From assembly GCA_964493425.1 (NCBI GenBank), contig CAZBMW010000010.1, forward strand, positions 20,827 through 84,826: a stretch of 64,000 nt of DNA. The letters run 5' to 3'. The translations under genes were made by a program, and so were the position numbers. The first letter of the stretch is position 1; every line of letters begins with the position of its first letter. Positions 1 to 10,430 of the stretch are shown here, one piece after another. The DNA is from an uncultured Pirellulales bacterium. GTDB lineage: Bacteria > Planctomycetota > Phycisphaerae > Sedimentisphaerales > Anaerobacaceae. The notes beneath the pieces are model-generated. The model saw nothing but the letters and a program-made list of their open reading frames with translations, was not told where the DNA came from and ran no database searches.

Positions 1-33
1 CAGAGGTCGCAAGTTCAAATCTTGTCTCCCCGA
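1..33 (+). tRNA. partial tRNA, 3' end only (T-arm, 3' acceptor strand, discriminator); possibly tRNA-Pro
   Basis: T-arm GCAAG-TTCAAAT-CTTGT is followed by the acceptor strand CTCCCCG plus discriminator A. The implied 5' end CGGGGAG (C1-G72, A73) is typical of bacterial tRNA-Pro. CCA is not encoded. The anticodon lies outside the window. Confidence 0.5.
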
Positions 34-93
34 TTTCTTTCTCCATACTGCTGCATATACAGCACTTCTAGTTTCTTCCCAAGAGCCAATCAT

Positions 94-2451
94 CTATAGC
101 AAATTAACAGGGTCGATATCCACGGCTGTCTGAACAGCAGTTCTAATAGGAGTCTCCTGCCGCAAAGCTGAAAAAATTGCTCGTATCGTTTCAGCGACAG
201 GAGCCTGAATGATAATCTGCATTCTGTGAAAACGCTGTATTCTGCTGATAGCAGCGGGCATAGGACCCCTGATAACTGCTTTGAAGTTACTGTGCCGGAT
301 AATGGAGTCGATTTTATTTCGCATAGTTTTAGAGACGGCTTCGAGCTTTTCGTAGTTTCTGTCACGCAAAGTTATAACAGCGAGCCTCCAGTAAGGCGGC
401 AGATTGCAGGTCTTTCGATGCTTCAACTCCTCATTAACAAAGGCAGAAAAATCACCATCGAGGGCAAATCTGATTGCAGGCTGCTCCGGCAAAAAGGTCT
501 GCACCAATACAAGGCCTTTTTTCTCACAGCGGCCGGCCCTGCCGGCGACCTGGGTGATTAATTGAAAGGTGCGTTCGTTTGAGCGAAAATCCGGCAGATA
601 AAGACAAGTATCTGCACTGATAATGCCGACGAGGGTGACATTAGGAAAATGCAGGCCCTTCGCAAGCATCTGCGTACCTTCGAGGATGTCAATCCGGCCG
701 TCACCAAAATCCTTCAAAAGACGATAATAATCGGCTCCGGCCATCGAATCACTATCGACCCTCGCCACACATGCCCGAGGAAATTCTTTTTTCAGTTGCT
801 CTTCGAGCTTTTGAGTCCCCAGGCCAATCATAACCACCGGTTTGCCGCAAAGCGGGCAGTTCTGCGGCACGAGGGTTTTTGAGCCACAATGGTGACAGAC
901 GGCACTGCCGTAATCCAGGTGTCTGCCGGTAATAGTTTGCATACGAAAACGGCTTTTTTCGGCTTTTTTGTGAAAGGTTAAAGTAACATCACAATTTCTG
1001 CAGTGCAGTGTGTATCTGCAGGCCGAACACATAATCAGGTTACTGTAGCCTCTACGGTTCAAAAGTAAAATTGCCTGTTCTTTCCTTTCAAGAGTCTGCT
1101 TCAAACAGTCGGCCAAAGGCGGGCTGATAAGCTCCATAGACGAGGATGAGATCTGACTGCGCATATCGATAAGCTCAATCTTCGGAAACGGAAAATTCAT
1201 AACTCTTTTAGGCAGATTGAGCAATGTAAAATATTTTTTCGTTTTGCAATTACAAAGAGATTCAAGCGAGGGGGTTGCAGAACCGAGTATGCAGTGGGCG
1301 TTTTCAAGCTGTGCCCGTTTTATGGCAACGTCCCGGCCGTTATAACGAGGGACATTATCCTGCTTGTAGCTCGGCTCATGCTCTTCATCAACGATAACAA
1401 GGCCGAGATTCTGAAGCGGCACAAAAATCGCAGAGCGTGCACCTATAACAACATCAGCCTGACCCGACTTTATTTTGTGCCATTGAGCGTTTCTCTGCGA
1501 GGCGGTAAGGGCCGAATGCATCACGGCGAGCCTTTCGAACCTGGCCGAGAAACGCTGGACGGTCTGGGCGGTCAGGGCGATTTCCGGCAGAAGAACAATT
1601 GCGGTTTTGCCCTTCCGTAAAACCGATTGTATTGCATTTATATAAACCTCGGTCTTTCCGCTGTCGGTGACACCATAAAGAACCGTCACAGCAAACCTGC
1701 CGGAATCGAGTTGCTGGCTTATATGCTCAAGTGCTTTTAGCTGGTCTGTATTGAGCTTGACTTCGCGAGTTTTTAAAACCATTTTTTCGGATATAACGGG
1801 CAGTGTGGGTAAAACTTCTTTAAGGACTAATTTTACTATGCCCTTTTGGGCGAGAGTTTTTACAGGCGAGAGCGTGCAGCCTGCATCTGAAAGCAGGCTA
1901 TCAAGCTCTAACGCTGAGTCAGCACTGAAGCATTGTAAATCAGAAAGGATAGAGGCAATCTGCTTTTGCTTTTTGGATTTGAGGCTGTCGGCATTTTGCT
2001 GTAAAGGCGATGCGAGGTAGACAAGCTTTTTCTTTTTTATGCCAATGCCTTTTTTAACAGGCGCGGGGACCATAGCAAATAAGACCTGGCCGAGTGGACA
2101 GACATAGTAATCGCTTATCCAATCTGCAAGTTTTAGGAGAGGCTTATCAAGTAAAGGCTGAACGTCAACAACTCCGGCTACCTTTTTTAAGAGGCTTTCT
2201 TTTCCCCCTGCTGCAAAAGAGTCTTCACACGGAATATCAGCAGCGACACAGAAAGCTGTCTGGAGCTTATTAGCCCTGCCGAAAGGCACTTCAACTCTCT
2301 GGCCGGTTTTTACAGGCCAGAGCCTGTCGGGGACAAGATAATCAAATTCGGAATCGACTCCGGCTTCAACAGCAACACGAATTATATGACTGCAGGATTC
2401 CGTGTTAGCCTCTTTTGATTCGAATAGACTTTGCTGTTTGTAGCTTCTCAT
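94..2451 (-). CDS. priA: primosomal protein N' (replication restart helicase PriA)
   Basis: Walker A GVTDSGKTEVY, DEEHEPSYKQ box, Cys-rich zinc region CSAC/CRNC/CHHC/CPLC, and C-terminal GTQMLAKGLHFPNVTLVGIISAD. Start placed at the internal ATG 2449-2451 (MRSYKQQ...) because the longer ORF (to 2559) overlaps the upstream lipoprotein gene. Confidence 0.9.
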   Translation of the reverse strand: MRSYKQQSLFESKEANTESCSHIIRVAVEAGVDSEFDYLVPDRLWPVKTGQRVEVPFGRANKLQTAFCVAADIPCEDSFAAGGKESLLKKVAGVVDVQPLLDKPLLKLADWISDYYVCPLGQVLFAMVPAPVKKGIGIKKKKLVYLASPLQQNADSLKSKKQKQIASILSDLQCFSADSALELDSLLSDAGCTLSPVKTLAQKGIVKLVLKEVLPTLPVISEKMVLKTREVKLNTDQLKALEHISQQLDSGRFAVTVLYGVTDSGKTEVYINAIQSVLRKGKTAIVLLPEIALTAQTVQRFSARFERLAVMHSALTASQRNAQWHKIKSGQADVVIGARSAIFVPLQNLGLVIVDEEHEPSYKQDNVPRYNGRDVAIKRAQLENAHCILGSATPSLESLCNCKTKKYFTLLNLPKRVMNFPFPKIELIDMRSQISSSSMELISPPLADCLKQTLERKEQAILLLNRRGYSNLIMCSACRYTLHCRNCDVTLTFHKKAEKSRFRMQTITGRHLDYGSAVCHHCGSKTLVPQNCPLCGKPVVMIGLGTQKLEEQLKKEFPRACVARVDSDSMAGADYYRLLKDFGDGRIDILEGTQMLAKGLHFPNVTLVGIISADTCLYLPDFRSNERTFQLITQVAGRAGRCEKKGLVLVQTFLPEQPAIRFALDGDFSAFVNEELKHRKTCNLPPYWRLAVITLRDRNYEKLEAVSKTMRNKIDSIIRHSNFKAVIRGPMPAAISRIQRFHRMQIIIQAPVAETIRAIFSALRQETPIRTAVQTAVDIDPVNLL

Positions 2452-2488
2452 CTTGTTTATATTGCTAATTGCTTTAAACAATTGAACG

Positions 2489-3001
2489 CTATTTTCGGGC
2501 CGCTTGCTTGTTATAATGGGCGGCACGGCAGGCAAAAATCGCTGCGAGAAGCGAGGCAAGAGCCGTCACTAACAAACACACAACTATCAGAACCGCCGCA
2601 TTTATAAGTTTTTGAGGTACCTGCGGTATTTCAAAAGCAACAGAGAGGGGTTTTTCATCTTCCATATCAAGTCTTACAGACAATTCCCCGCCCTTGGTGA
2701 TGTCGACCTGAACCGGCTGGCTTTCATTGCTCTGCCAGCGAACTTCGACAGGTAAACCATCCTTTGCAGCTATATCTACAGGAAGCTTGCCCGTATCAGT
2801 CATCTGCAACTCGACAGGCAAAGATTTTTGTTCGTCGAGCCTTAGCTGCACAGGCAGGCCCTGCTCACTTTGCAGGCCGACCCTGACGGGAAGACCGACG
2901 TCTGTTCGCGTTTCTGCCTTCTGTTGTTGCTCTTGCTTATCCAGCTGAGCACAGCCGGATAATATAAGCGAGCTAGTTAAAAAAAGAATGAATTTTTTCA
3001 T
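2489..3001 (-). CDS. hypothetical lipoprotein with about 8 tandem short (G/K)LPV-x-V/L repeats and a C-terminal TM anchor
   Basis: Signal peptide plus lipobox (LILSGC). Repeats include GLPVRVGL, GLPVQLRL, SLPVELQM, KLPVDIAA, GLPVEVRW, QPVQVDI, LSVRLDM and LSVAFEI. C-terminal hydrophobic helix AAVLIVVCLLVTALASLLAAIFA is followed by a basic tail. Confidence 0.6.
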   Translation of the reverse strand: MKKFILFLTSSLILSGCAQLDKQEQQQKAETRTDVGLPVRVGLQSEQGLPVQLRLDEQKSLPVELQMTDTGKLPVDIAAKDGLPVEVRWQSNESQPVQVDITKGGELSVRLDMEDEKPLSVAFEIPQVPQKLINAAVLIVVCLLVTALASLLAAIFACRAAHYNKQAARK

Positions 3002-3030
3002 TTTTGCTTCGCCTAAAAAAAATTATCTCT

Positions 3031-4119
3031 TTACGGTTCCAACAACAAACCTCTAAACGTTTTTTTACCCGGATCGGTCAGGTGTTTGTTTTGACATTTC
3101 AAGCCTTCAAGTAGTTCGCCCTCCAAACACTCAGCGGGACTTGAAACATCCACTACCAAAGTTCCATCATCGCTTAGCAGAAACAGCTTATCAGAGTTCC
3201 CAGATGAAAAAAGGGCTTCAGGAGTAAAATCCTTCGGCAAATCCTCCAGTTTCCTGATAATCTCAGGCTGCTGTCCTTGGTCACCCGACCATTCATAGAG
3301 AGCAAAATCTTTCCTTTCATCGGCTGGGCCGGCGATAATGAAAAACGTCTTATGAAAAGTCGAGTACTCCATACTGCGTATTCGGCTTCCGTCAAGATCC
3401 CATAACAGGGCTTCGCCAAAAACCGGCTCCGCATTTTTTTCGATTACAGAACCAGCATTTTTCAGAGGAATAACAATAGCCCGCATCTTACCGGAATCAG
3501 TTTTGTGAATGGGATTTCGAAAACCGATATAGAGAATTTTACCGTCGGCAGAGGCACACAGTCCTTCAATATTCAGGCCCTGTTCTTTAGGTGCGAGATT
3601 CTCAAGCTCTCCTATCTTAAGCCCGGCCGCAGAAAATCCCGCTGCACGGGCCAAATCATCTTTAACGATGCTTTCCTGCTTTATCAAACTATGTATAAGA
3701 GTCCGACAGGGTTTTCCCGCAGGCTCGATGATGACGTTGTCATCTTCTATTTTGAAATCGGTAGCAAAAAATCGATACCTGTTCAGCCGGATTTTACCGT
3801 CTTTGTTTCGGCCGTGCGAGGTTATCCAGTAAATACGACTGCCAACCTTCGTTGCTCCTTCAATATCAGCCTCCGGATTCTTCGCAGAAGCGGCGAGAAA
3901 GCCGGTCAAATCGAAAGAAGAAACAGGCTTAGGATTACCAATTTTATATACTCGCAGAGTATTGTTTTCGTCGTCTGCAACAATAAAGGTATCCTTATAG
4001 AGAGCAACTGCGGCGGAGGCATCACTTGAGCCGCGAAGGGTATAAACATCGTTCGAGTCACCTGCAAAGGCAACATTGAAAGCTGGTAAACAAAATAAAA
4101 TTGCGCAAAAATTTCTCAT
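3031..4119 (-). CDS. secreted hypothetical protein, DUF3616-like
   Basis: Internal start MRNFCAILFCLPAFNVAFA gives a signal peptide; ATG confirmed at 4117-4119. Motifs such as DIEGATKVGSRIYWITSHGRNKDGK resemble the DUF3616 family as I remember it. The family call is from recall only. Confidence 0.55.
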   Translation of the reverse strand: MRNFCAILFCLPAFNVAFAGDSNDVYTLRGSSDASAAVALYKDTFIVADDENNTLRVYKIGNPKPVSSFDLTGFLAASAKNPEADIEGATKVGSRIYWITSHGRNKDGKIRLNRYRFFATDFKIEDDNVIIEPAGKPCRTLIHSLIKQESIVKDDLARAAGFSAAGLKIGELENLAPKEQGLNIEGLCASADGKILYIGFRNPIHKTDSGKMRAIVIPLKNAGSVIEKNAEPVFGEALLWDLDGSRIRSMEYSTFHKTFFIIAGPADERKDFALYEWSGDQGQQPEIIRKLEDLPKDFTPEALFSSGNSDKLFLLSDDGTLVVDVSSPAECLEGELLEGLKCQNKHLTDPGKKTFRGLLLEP

Positions 4120-4254
4120 ATCAATCCTTTGCTGTATTGTTGCAGTTTTTCTGCTCGAAGTCAAGATAAGACAGTGATTCTGAGCTTTTGCTGTTTTAAG
4201 GGTACAAGGATATGCTTTAGCAAATTGGTGGTTATTGTCGAAAGGGTAATTAAG

Positions 4255-5037
4255 ATGCATAAAAGTTACTCTGTTATTTTGCTTGTATGTTGTGCGCTGG
4301 CTATTCTGGCGCTTTCCGGCTGTGCTGAGCCGGTAAGCTATCCGGAAGTGGTCTCTGAGTTCCCGTCAGTCGAGCTATTGGTTCAGCGCCAAATCGTCGG
4401 CACATCCGTCGAGAACCGACCTATCGAATGTATAATGCTCGGCCAGGGCCCGGATGTAATTTTTATCCTTGCAACCATTCACGGCAATGAGCCAGCTGGA
4501 ACGCCGCTTGTCCGACAACTGTCAAAATATCTTCAACAAAACACACAATTGCTAATAGGAAAGAAGGTCGTGCTTCTACCTGTGGCTAATCCCGATGGCC
4601 TGTATTCCAACAGCCGTTTTAATGCTAATGGTGTTAATTTGAACCGCAATTTCGCAACAGATAATCGAATTAACAGCAGGAAATTCGGTTATAAGGCGCT
4701 TTCCGAGCCAGAGACACGCGCTATTGAAAAGCTAATCAGTGAATATAAACCCGACCGTATTGTAAGCATTCACCAGCCGCTGGCCTGCATTGACTATGAC
4801 GGCCCAGCTTATTCTTTGGCTAATAAGATGGCTCAACATTGCGAACTGCCCGTTAAAAAGCTCGGTGCGAAGCCCGGTTCGCTCGGCTCATATGCGGGTC
4901 TTACCTGCGGAATTCCCATCATAACATTTGAAATGACACATACTGATTCATCGCTTGGTTCAGATACACTCTGGCAAAAGTACGGCAACGCCCTCCTCGC
5001 TGCAATTTCATACCCCGAAGTCATGATTTCAAAATGA
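4255..5037 (+). CDS. M14-family zinc carboxypeptidase/amidase (MpaA-like), lipoprotein
   Basis: Start at ATG 4255 gives MHKSYSVILLVCCALAILALSGC (lipobox). HGNEPAG (HxxE zinc site), NPDG, NLNRNF, SIHQP. Confidence 0.8.
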   Translation: MHKSYSVILLVCCALAILALSGCAEPVSYPEVVSEFPSVELLVQRQIVGTSVENRPIECIMLGQGPDVIFILATIHGNEPAGTPLVRQLSKYLQQNTQLLIGKKVVLLPVANPDGLYSNSRFNANGVNLNRNFATDNRINSRKFGYKALSEPETRAIEKLISEYKPDRIVSIHQPLACIDYDGPAYSLANKMAQHCELPVKKLGAKPGSLGSYAGLTCGIPIITFEMTHTDSSLGSDTLWQKYGNALLAAISYPEVMISK

Positions 5038-5188
5038 AAATATCTTGTCCTTATTAAATTCAGGACATCAGAGCCTGCTTATTGCAGTACGATTTATCTT
5101 CTATTTTTTGGGTGAAATCCGTTTAATTTATGGTTAAAATAGGTAAATATGTCTTTCTGTAATTCGTTTCTCTCGGTAGTGAAAAACA

Positions 5189-7234
5189 ATGACAGTATTT
5201 AAAATCAATAAGGAGTTTAATCCAGCTGGTGACCAGCCGCAGGCGATAAAGCGGCTTGTTGAGGGTTTACAGGCCAGCAAAAAGTTCCAGACGCTAATGG
5301 GCGTAACCGGCTCGGGCAAAACCTTTACCATGGCTAATATAATAGCTCAAATCAACCGGCCTACTCTGGTTATCTCTCATAATAAAACACTGGCGGCGCA
5401 GCTTTACGAGGAGTTCAAGGAATTATTCCCTGAAAACGCGGTTGAATATTTCGTGAGCTATTATGATTACTATCAGCCGGAAGCATATATACCGCAGCGT
5501 GACATTTATATCGAAAAGGATGCATCAAAAAACGCCGACCTCGACCGGCTGAGACTATCAGCAACAACGAGCCTTTCGACAAGGGACGATGTAATAATCG
5601 TGGCGTCGGTATCGTGTATATTTGGTCTCGGCTCGCCGGAAGATTACAAGGCATCAGTTGTGGCAGTGCGAGCCGGTGACAGAATAGAGAGAAATAAGCT
5701 CCTGGGCAGATTCGCGGATTTGCAATATACCAGAAACGACTTCGATTTTCAGCGAGGCCGATTCAGGGTTCGCGGCGATGTGGTCGAATTATATCCGTCA
5801 TACGAGACTTTTGCAGTAAGGTTTGAGTTTTTCGGCGACGAAATAGAAAAAATAAGCTACATCAATCCCGTTTCCGGAGAAGTTCTAGCTGAGGAAAACC
5901 AGGTCTTTATTTACCCGGCGGAGCACTACATTATGCCGGCGGAGAAGATTTCGTCCTCGATAGAAAATATCAAAGCCGAGCTCGAACAAAGGCTCGGCGA
6001 ATTCAAACAGCAGGGAAAGCTGCTCGAGGCTCAGAGGCTGCAGGCGAGAACGATGTACGATATCGAGATGCTCCAGGAGGTCGGCTATTGCAGCGGGATT
6101 GAAAACTACTCCCGGCACCTTTCAGGCCTGCCGGCCGGCGCGAGACCATATACTCTGATAGATTATTTTCCTAAAGACTATCTTTTATTCATTGATGAGT
6201 CACACGCCACTATACCGCAGCTTCGTGCGATGTGGGCAGGCGACCGGAGCAGAAAAGAGGTTCTGATTGAACACGGCTTCAGGCTGCCAAGCGCTCTCGA
6301 CAACCGGCCTTTGCGTTTCGAGGAATTCCAGGAAAGCTGGAATCGAGTGATTTTCGTCTCAGCGACGCCGGGGCCGTTCGAGATGGAAAAGTGCGAAGAC
6401 GAGGTCGTCGAGCAGATAATCAGGCCTACAGGTTTGGTCGACCCTGAAATTTTTGTCCGGTCTGCAACCAACCAGGTCGAAAATCTTCTGGGCGAGATTG
6501 AAAAAAGAGTTAAGGCAAAACAAAGAATACTCGTTACAACAATGACCAAAAAAATGGCGGAGAACCTCGCTGACTACATAGCAAAAAAAGGCTTCAAATG
6601 TACCTACCTTCACAGCGAAATCGATACGCTCGAACGGGTAAAGATACTGCGGCAGCTTCGTAAGGGGGATTTCGACGTCATTGTCGGGATAAACCTTTTG
6701 CGGGAAGGGCTGGACCTGCCGGAGGTTTCAGCGGTCGCGATAATGGATGCCGATAAGGAAGGCTTTCTGCGAAGCGAGACATCGCTTATACAGACGATAG
6801 GAAGAACGGCTCGCAATATAGATGCAACGGTATTTTTATATGCTGACATAATAACCAAATCAATGCAAAAAGCTATTGACGAAACGCAAAGACGGCGTAA
6901 AATTCAGCTAAGGTACAACAAAGAGCATAATATTAAGCCTCAAAGCATAAAAAAGGAGATTCGAAGAGGCCTTGCTGAACAGATAAAAGCGAGGCAAACA
7001 GCCAGAGAAGCGGTCAGATTCAACGAGGACGAATACGAAAAGGCCGAACTGGCCGGCCAGATTGAAGCAGAGATGCTCGAGGCAGCCAAAACGCTCGATT
7101 TCGAGAAAGCAGCGGCCTTGCGGGACCAGTTGAAAGAGTTAAAAGAGCTTCCGGAATTTATCCTGATAGATTCCAAAAAGAAAAAAAGGCTGGCCCAAAA
7201 AAAACGAAAAGAAAGGTTTATACATAAAAAGTAA
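5189..7234 (+). CDS. uvrB: excinuclease ABC subunit B
   Basis: GVTGSGKT Walker [11 protein letters not shown] (DExH), helicase C-terminal motifs, and a C-terminal UVR domain ([14 protein letters not shown]) followed by a Lys-rich tail. Confidence 0.97.
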   Translation: MTVFKINKEFNPAGDQPQAIKRLVEGLQASKKFQTLMGVTGSGKTFTMANIIAQINRPTLVISHNKTLAAQLYEEFKELFPENAVEYFVSYYDYYQPEAYIPQRDIYIEKDASKNADLDRLRLSATTSLSTRDDVIIVASVSCIFGLGSPEDYKASVVAVRAGDRIERNKLLGRFADLQYTRNDFDFQRGRFRVRGDVVELYPSYETFAVRFEFFGDEIEKISYINPVSGEVLAEENQVFIYPAEHYIMPAEKISSSIENIKAELEQRLGEFKQQGKLLEAQRLQARTMYDIEMLQEVGYCSGIENYSRHLSGLPAGARPYTLIDYFPKDYLLFIDESHATIPQLRAMWAGDRSRKEVLIEHGFRLPSALDNRPLRFEEFQESWNRVIFVSATPGPFEMEKCEDEVVEQIIRPTGLVDPEIFVRSATNQVENLLGEIEKRVKAKQRILVTTMTKKMAENLADYIAKKGFKCTYLHSEIDTLERVKILRQLRKGDFDVIVGINLLREGLDLPEVSAVAIMDADKEGFLRSETSLIQTIGRTARNIDATVFLYADIITKSMQKAIDETQRRRKIQLRYNKEHNIKPQSIKKEIRRGLAEQIKARQTAREAVRFNEDEYEKAELAGQIEAEMLEAAKTLDFEKAAALRDQLKELKELPEFILIDSKKKKRLAQKKRKERFIHKK

Positions 7235-7284
7235 AATTAACATATATCGAGAACAACAATCCTCTGAGTTTGAGATTAAGCTGA

Positions 7285-8160
7285 ATGAAAGAGCTAAATA
7301 TTAAACAGGCATTACCGCTGATAGAACTGGCGATAGCCGAGGACCTCGGCAAGGGTGATACGACCAGCAAGCTCATCTATAAGGATGAAGATAGTTTCGC
7401 TAAGGCTTATATTGTTTCCCGTGAGGAAATAGTCGTATGCGGGATGGATGTTGCAAGAGAAGTTCTCAGGTATTTTGACAAGAGGCTAAAATTAAAAGTT
7501 CTCGTCAAAGACGGCGAACATGCATACGTCGGCAAAAGAATCGCAATTATCGAAGGGCCCTTATCATCTATGTTGAGTGCCGAGAGAGTGATGCTGAACT
7601 TTCTTCAGCGGCTGAGCGGGATAGCAACAACGACACGGCAGTTCGTACGGGCGGTAGAAGGAACAAAAGCGAAAATTTACGATACCCGCAAGACAACACC
7701 GGGCTGGCGAATACTCGAAAAATACGCCGTGAGATGCGGCGGCGGCTATAACCACCGACTCGGCCTGTATGACGCCGTGTTAATCAAAGACAACCACCTT
7801 GCAGAAATGGGCAGAAATTTTTACCCCAAGCTGGCAAAGATAATCGAAGAGGCCAGAAACGTAAAAGGTATGAAATTTATCGCTGTAGAGGTGGACCACG
7901 TCGATGACCAGCTAAACTACGTACTAAAAATACCCGGAATCGACATCGTGCTGCTCGACAATATGGGGCAGTGGCAGCTCAAACATGCGGTCGATATGCG
8001 CAACGAGATGTGCGGCAAAGGCAAGAAGCCTCTATTAGAGGCGTCCGGAAATATAACGCTGAACACGGTCTCGGCAATAGCACAATGCGGCGTTGACCGG
8101 ATTGCAGTAGGCGCAATAACCCACTCAGCCAGGGCGGCCGACATCGGCCTCGACAGGTAG
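7285..8160 (+). CDS. nadC: nicotinate-nucleotide pyrophosphorylase (quinolinate phosphoribosyltransferase)
   Basis: Full-length NadC-like pattern: ERVMLNFLQRLSGIAT, DTRKTTPGWR, KYAVRCGGGYNHR, IKDNH. Confidence 0.92.
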   Translation: MKELNIKQALPLIELAIAEDLGKGDTTSKLIYKDEDSFAKAYIVSREEIVVCGMDVAREVLRYFDKRLKLKVLVKDGEHAYVGKRIAIIEGPLSSMLSAERVMLNFLQRLSGIATTTRQFVRAVEGTKAKIYDTRKTTPGWRILEKYAVRCGGGYNHRLGLYDAVLIKDNHLAEMGRNFYPKLAKIIEEARNVKGMKFIAVEVDHVDDQLNYVLKIPGIDIVLLDNMGQWQLKHAVDMRNEMCGKGKKPLLEASGNITLNTVSAIAQCGVDRIAVGAITHSARAADIGLDR

Positions 8161-8165
8161 GAACA

Positions 8166-8942
8166 ATGCTTAAAAGCGATGGCCTTGACCGTGACAAAAT
8201 AAAGACAAATCTGAAAACCCGCTGGATAGGCAGCTCAATTATTATATATAAATCAACATCGAGCACAAACGATATAGCAGCAGAATACGCAAAAAAACCT
8301 GACAATTGCGGAACAGTTATCCTGACAGAAGAACAAATCGCAGGCAGAGGCAGAGGGAACAATAAATGGATAAGTAAAAAAGGCGACAGCATACTCTGCT
8401 CAATTGTTCTGAGCGCAGAGCAAATCAATCCGGAAATTCTCTGCCTTAGCTGTGCGGCGGCGACCGCGGAAGCTATAAGCAAAAGTGCAAAAATTAAATG
8501 GCCGAACGACATAATTCTTAACGGCAGAAAAGTCGCAGGAATACTTCTGGAAACAAAAAAGTATAAAAATCATATGGCGTATATCATAGGAATAGGGATA
8601 AACTGCCACCAGAAACAAAATGGCTTTCCTAAAGAGCTGCGCAAAACTGCGACAAGTATCGATATCGAAAAAGGCAACTTTGTTGACCGAAACACACTTG
8701 CCAAAAGACTATTGAGTTCGATAGAGCACTGGCTGGATATCGCAAAAAGAAACAGCAGCAAAGTTATAGAGCAATGGCAAAAATTAAGTATCCTGCTGCA
8801 TAAAAGAGTCACGGTTATCTACAAAGGTAAAAATTTTACCGGCAACTGCATCGGAATAGACCCGGAAAAAGGTTTGATAGTCCATCTCGACACAGGCTCA
8901 GTAAGAATGTTTGACGCCGCATACTCAAGCATTGCGAAGTAA
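8166..8942 (+). CDS. birA: biotin--[acetyl-CoA-carboxylase] ligase, class I (no HTH)
   Basis: STND..., the biotin-loop motif GRGRGNNKW, KWPNDI, GILLE. The length leaves no room for an N-terminal repressor domain. Confidence 0.85.
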   Translation: MLKSDGLDRDKIKTNLKTRWIGSSIIIYKSTSSTNDIAAEYAKKPDNCGTVILTEEQIAGRGRGNNKWISKKGDSILCSIVLSAEQINPEILCLSCAAATAEAISKSAKIKWPNDIILNGRKVAGILLETKKYKNHMAYIIGIGINCHQKQNGFPKELRKTATSIDIEKGNFVDRNTLAKRLLSSIEHWLDIAKRNSSKVIEQWQKLSILLHKRVTVIYKGKNFTGNCIGIDPEKGLIVHLDTGSVRMFDAAYSSIAK

Positions 8943-9065
8943 TTTCAAACTACCAGAATTTATACAATCATACCCGGAATAATCTTTACCAGATAAAAGA
9001 TTTTTATTTGAATTCTTTTTTGCTATACTTTCAATTTATGAGAATGAAAAACTGAGAGGAAAACT

Positions 9066-10430
9066 ATGGCGGAAAGATACGATGTAGTCGTGATAGGCGG
9101 TGGGCCCGGGGGGGCAAGGGCTGCGAGAAGATGCGCACAAAAAGGTGCAAAGGTCGCTCTAGTCGAAAAAGAGTATATCGGCGGGATATGCTTAAATTGG
9201 GGCTGCATCCCGTCGAAGATTCTTTTGGCAAGCGCTCATCTGCTCCTTTCGGCTAAAGAAGCCGGCGAACTCGGTATTAAAATATCCTCTGCTGAACCAA
9301 ACTGGCCAAAAATACAGCAAAGAACAGTGCAAATCGTGGAAAATTTTCGCAAAGGTATGGCGCTGACGCTCAAAAACAATAAAGTAGCCATCATTGAGGG
9401 AACAGCTTTGGCCGAAAGCCCAAAAAAAATCACAGTGCAACACGGCAAAGAAAACCTCGATATTGAAACAGAGAAGCTCATTATAGCAACGGGTTCACAG
9501 ACCATTCAGATACCAGCCTTTGCCTTCGACGGCGAAACCATTATAAGCAGCAAGGAAGCACTGTTTTTGGACGAGTTGCCAAAGTCAATGGCCATTATAG
9601 GCGGCGGATTCATCGGCTGTGAGATAGGCTGCGCCTATGCAGCAGCAGGCAGCAAGGTAACAATTATAGAAGCACTGGACAGGCTGCTGCCGAGAGAAGA
9701 TGCGTGGGTCGGCAGACTGCTAAACAGAGAGTTTAAGAAATTAAATATAGATGTATTGACCGGCTGGAAGGTTACTGCTGTCGAGAAAACAAACACATCA
9801 GCAAAGGTCAACCTCGAAAACGGCTCAGTTGTCAAAGCAGAGAAAGTTCTTGTAGCGGTCGGAAGAAAAGCAAGCTGTGATAAACAAACAATTGAGGCGC
9901 TGGATTTGGAGATGGAAGGAACCGTAATCAAGGTCAATAGTAAATTTGAAACGAATGTGCCGGGCATCTATGCACTCGGTGACGTTATCGGCACGACTTA
10001 TCTGGCTCACGGCGCAACAAGCGAGGCAGAAGTTGCTGCCGTAAATGTTACCGGCGGTGAGAGACAAATGTATGACTATTCGCTGATACCGAGGGTGATT
10101 TTTACCTTCCCGGAAGTGGCAGCGGTAGGCAAAACCGAAGAAGAATGTAAGGCTGAAGGTATGGATATTGCGGTGGGCAATGCCTTTTTCAGAGCGGACG
10201 GCAGAAGTGTTGCTCATAACGAGTTAGCCGGCGAAGTCCACGCAATCAGGGACAAAAAAACAGATAAGATTCTGGGTATCACAATGGTCGGCGCGAGAGT
10301 TACCGAATTAGCTGTTCTGGCAAGGGCCCTGATAGGAACACAGGAAAAAATTTCGAACATCTGCTTTCCGCATCCGACGGTATCGGAGGTTGTTAGTGAG
10401 GCAATAGAAAATGCTTTCAGCACAAGATAA
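9066..10430 (+). CDS. lpdA: dihydrolipoyl dehydrogenase
   Basis: GGGPGG FAD fold, redox disulfide GGICLNWGCIPSK, second GGGFIGCE, C-terminal HPTVSE. Confidence 0.9.
   Translation: MAERYDVVVIGGGPGGARAARRCAQKGAKVALVEKEYIGGICLNWGCIPSKILLASAHLLLSAKEAGELGIKISSAEPNWPKIQQRTVQIVENFRKGMALTLKNNKVAIIEGTALAESPKKITVQHGKENLDIETEKLIIATGSQTIQIPAFAFDGETIISSKEALFLDELPKSMAIIGGGFIGCEIGCAYAAAGSKVTIIEALDRLLPREDAWVGRLLNREFKKLNIDVLTGWKVTAVEKTNTSAKVNLENGSVVKAEKVLVAVGRKASCDKQTIEALDLEMEGTVIKVNSKFETNVPGIYALGDVIGTTYLAHGATSEAEVAAVNVTGGERQMYDYSLIPRVIFTFPEVAAVGKTEEECKAEGMDIAVGNAFFRADGRSVAHNELAGEVHAIRDKKTDKILGITMVGARVTELAVLARALIGTQEKISNICFPHPTVSEVVSEAIENAFSTR

Noticed and set aside
922-1020. An insertion of about 17 aa in the PriA zinc-binding region. 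CRNC and CHHC are separated by 31 residues, against about 14 in E. coli PriA as recalled.
   Set aside because: This is a loop-length difference in a variable region, it rests on a recalled reference sequence, and no functional implication can be argued from the sequence.
1-2451. A tRNA at the window edge as an integration site for a genomic island.
   Set aside because: No integrase, direct repeat of the tRNA 3' end, or compositional shift follows. The adjacent gene is core (priA).
4120-4260. Overlapping N-terminal extensions of the divergent ORFs 3031-4260 (minus) and 4129-5037 (plus).
   Set aside because: Both proteins have clean signal or lipoprotein peptides starting at internal ATGs (4117-4119 and 4255). 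The extensions would bury these signals and make the two genes overlap head-to-head.
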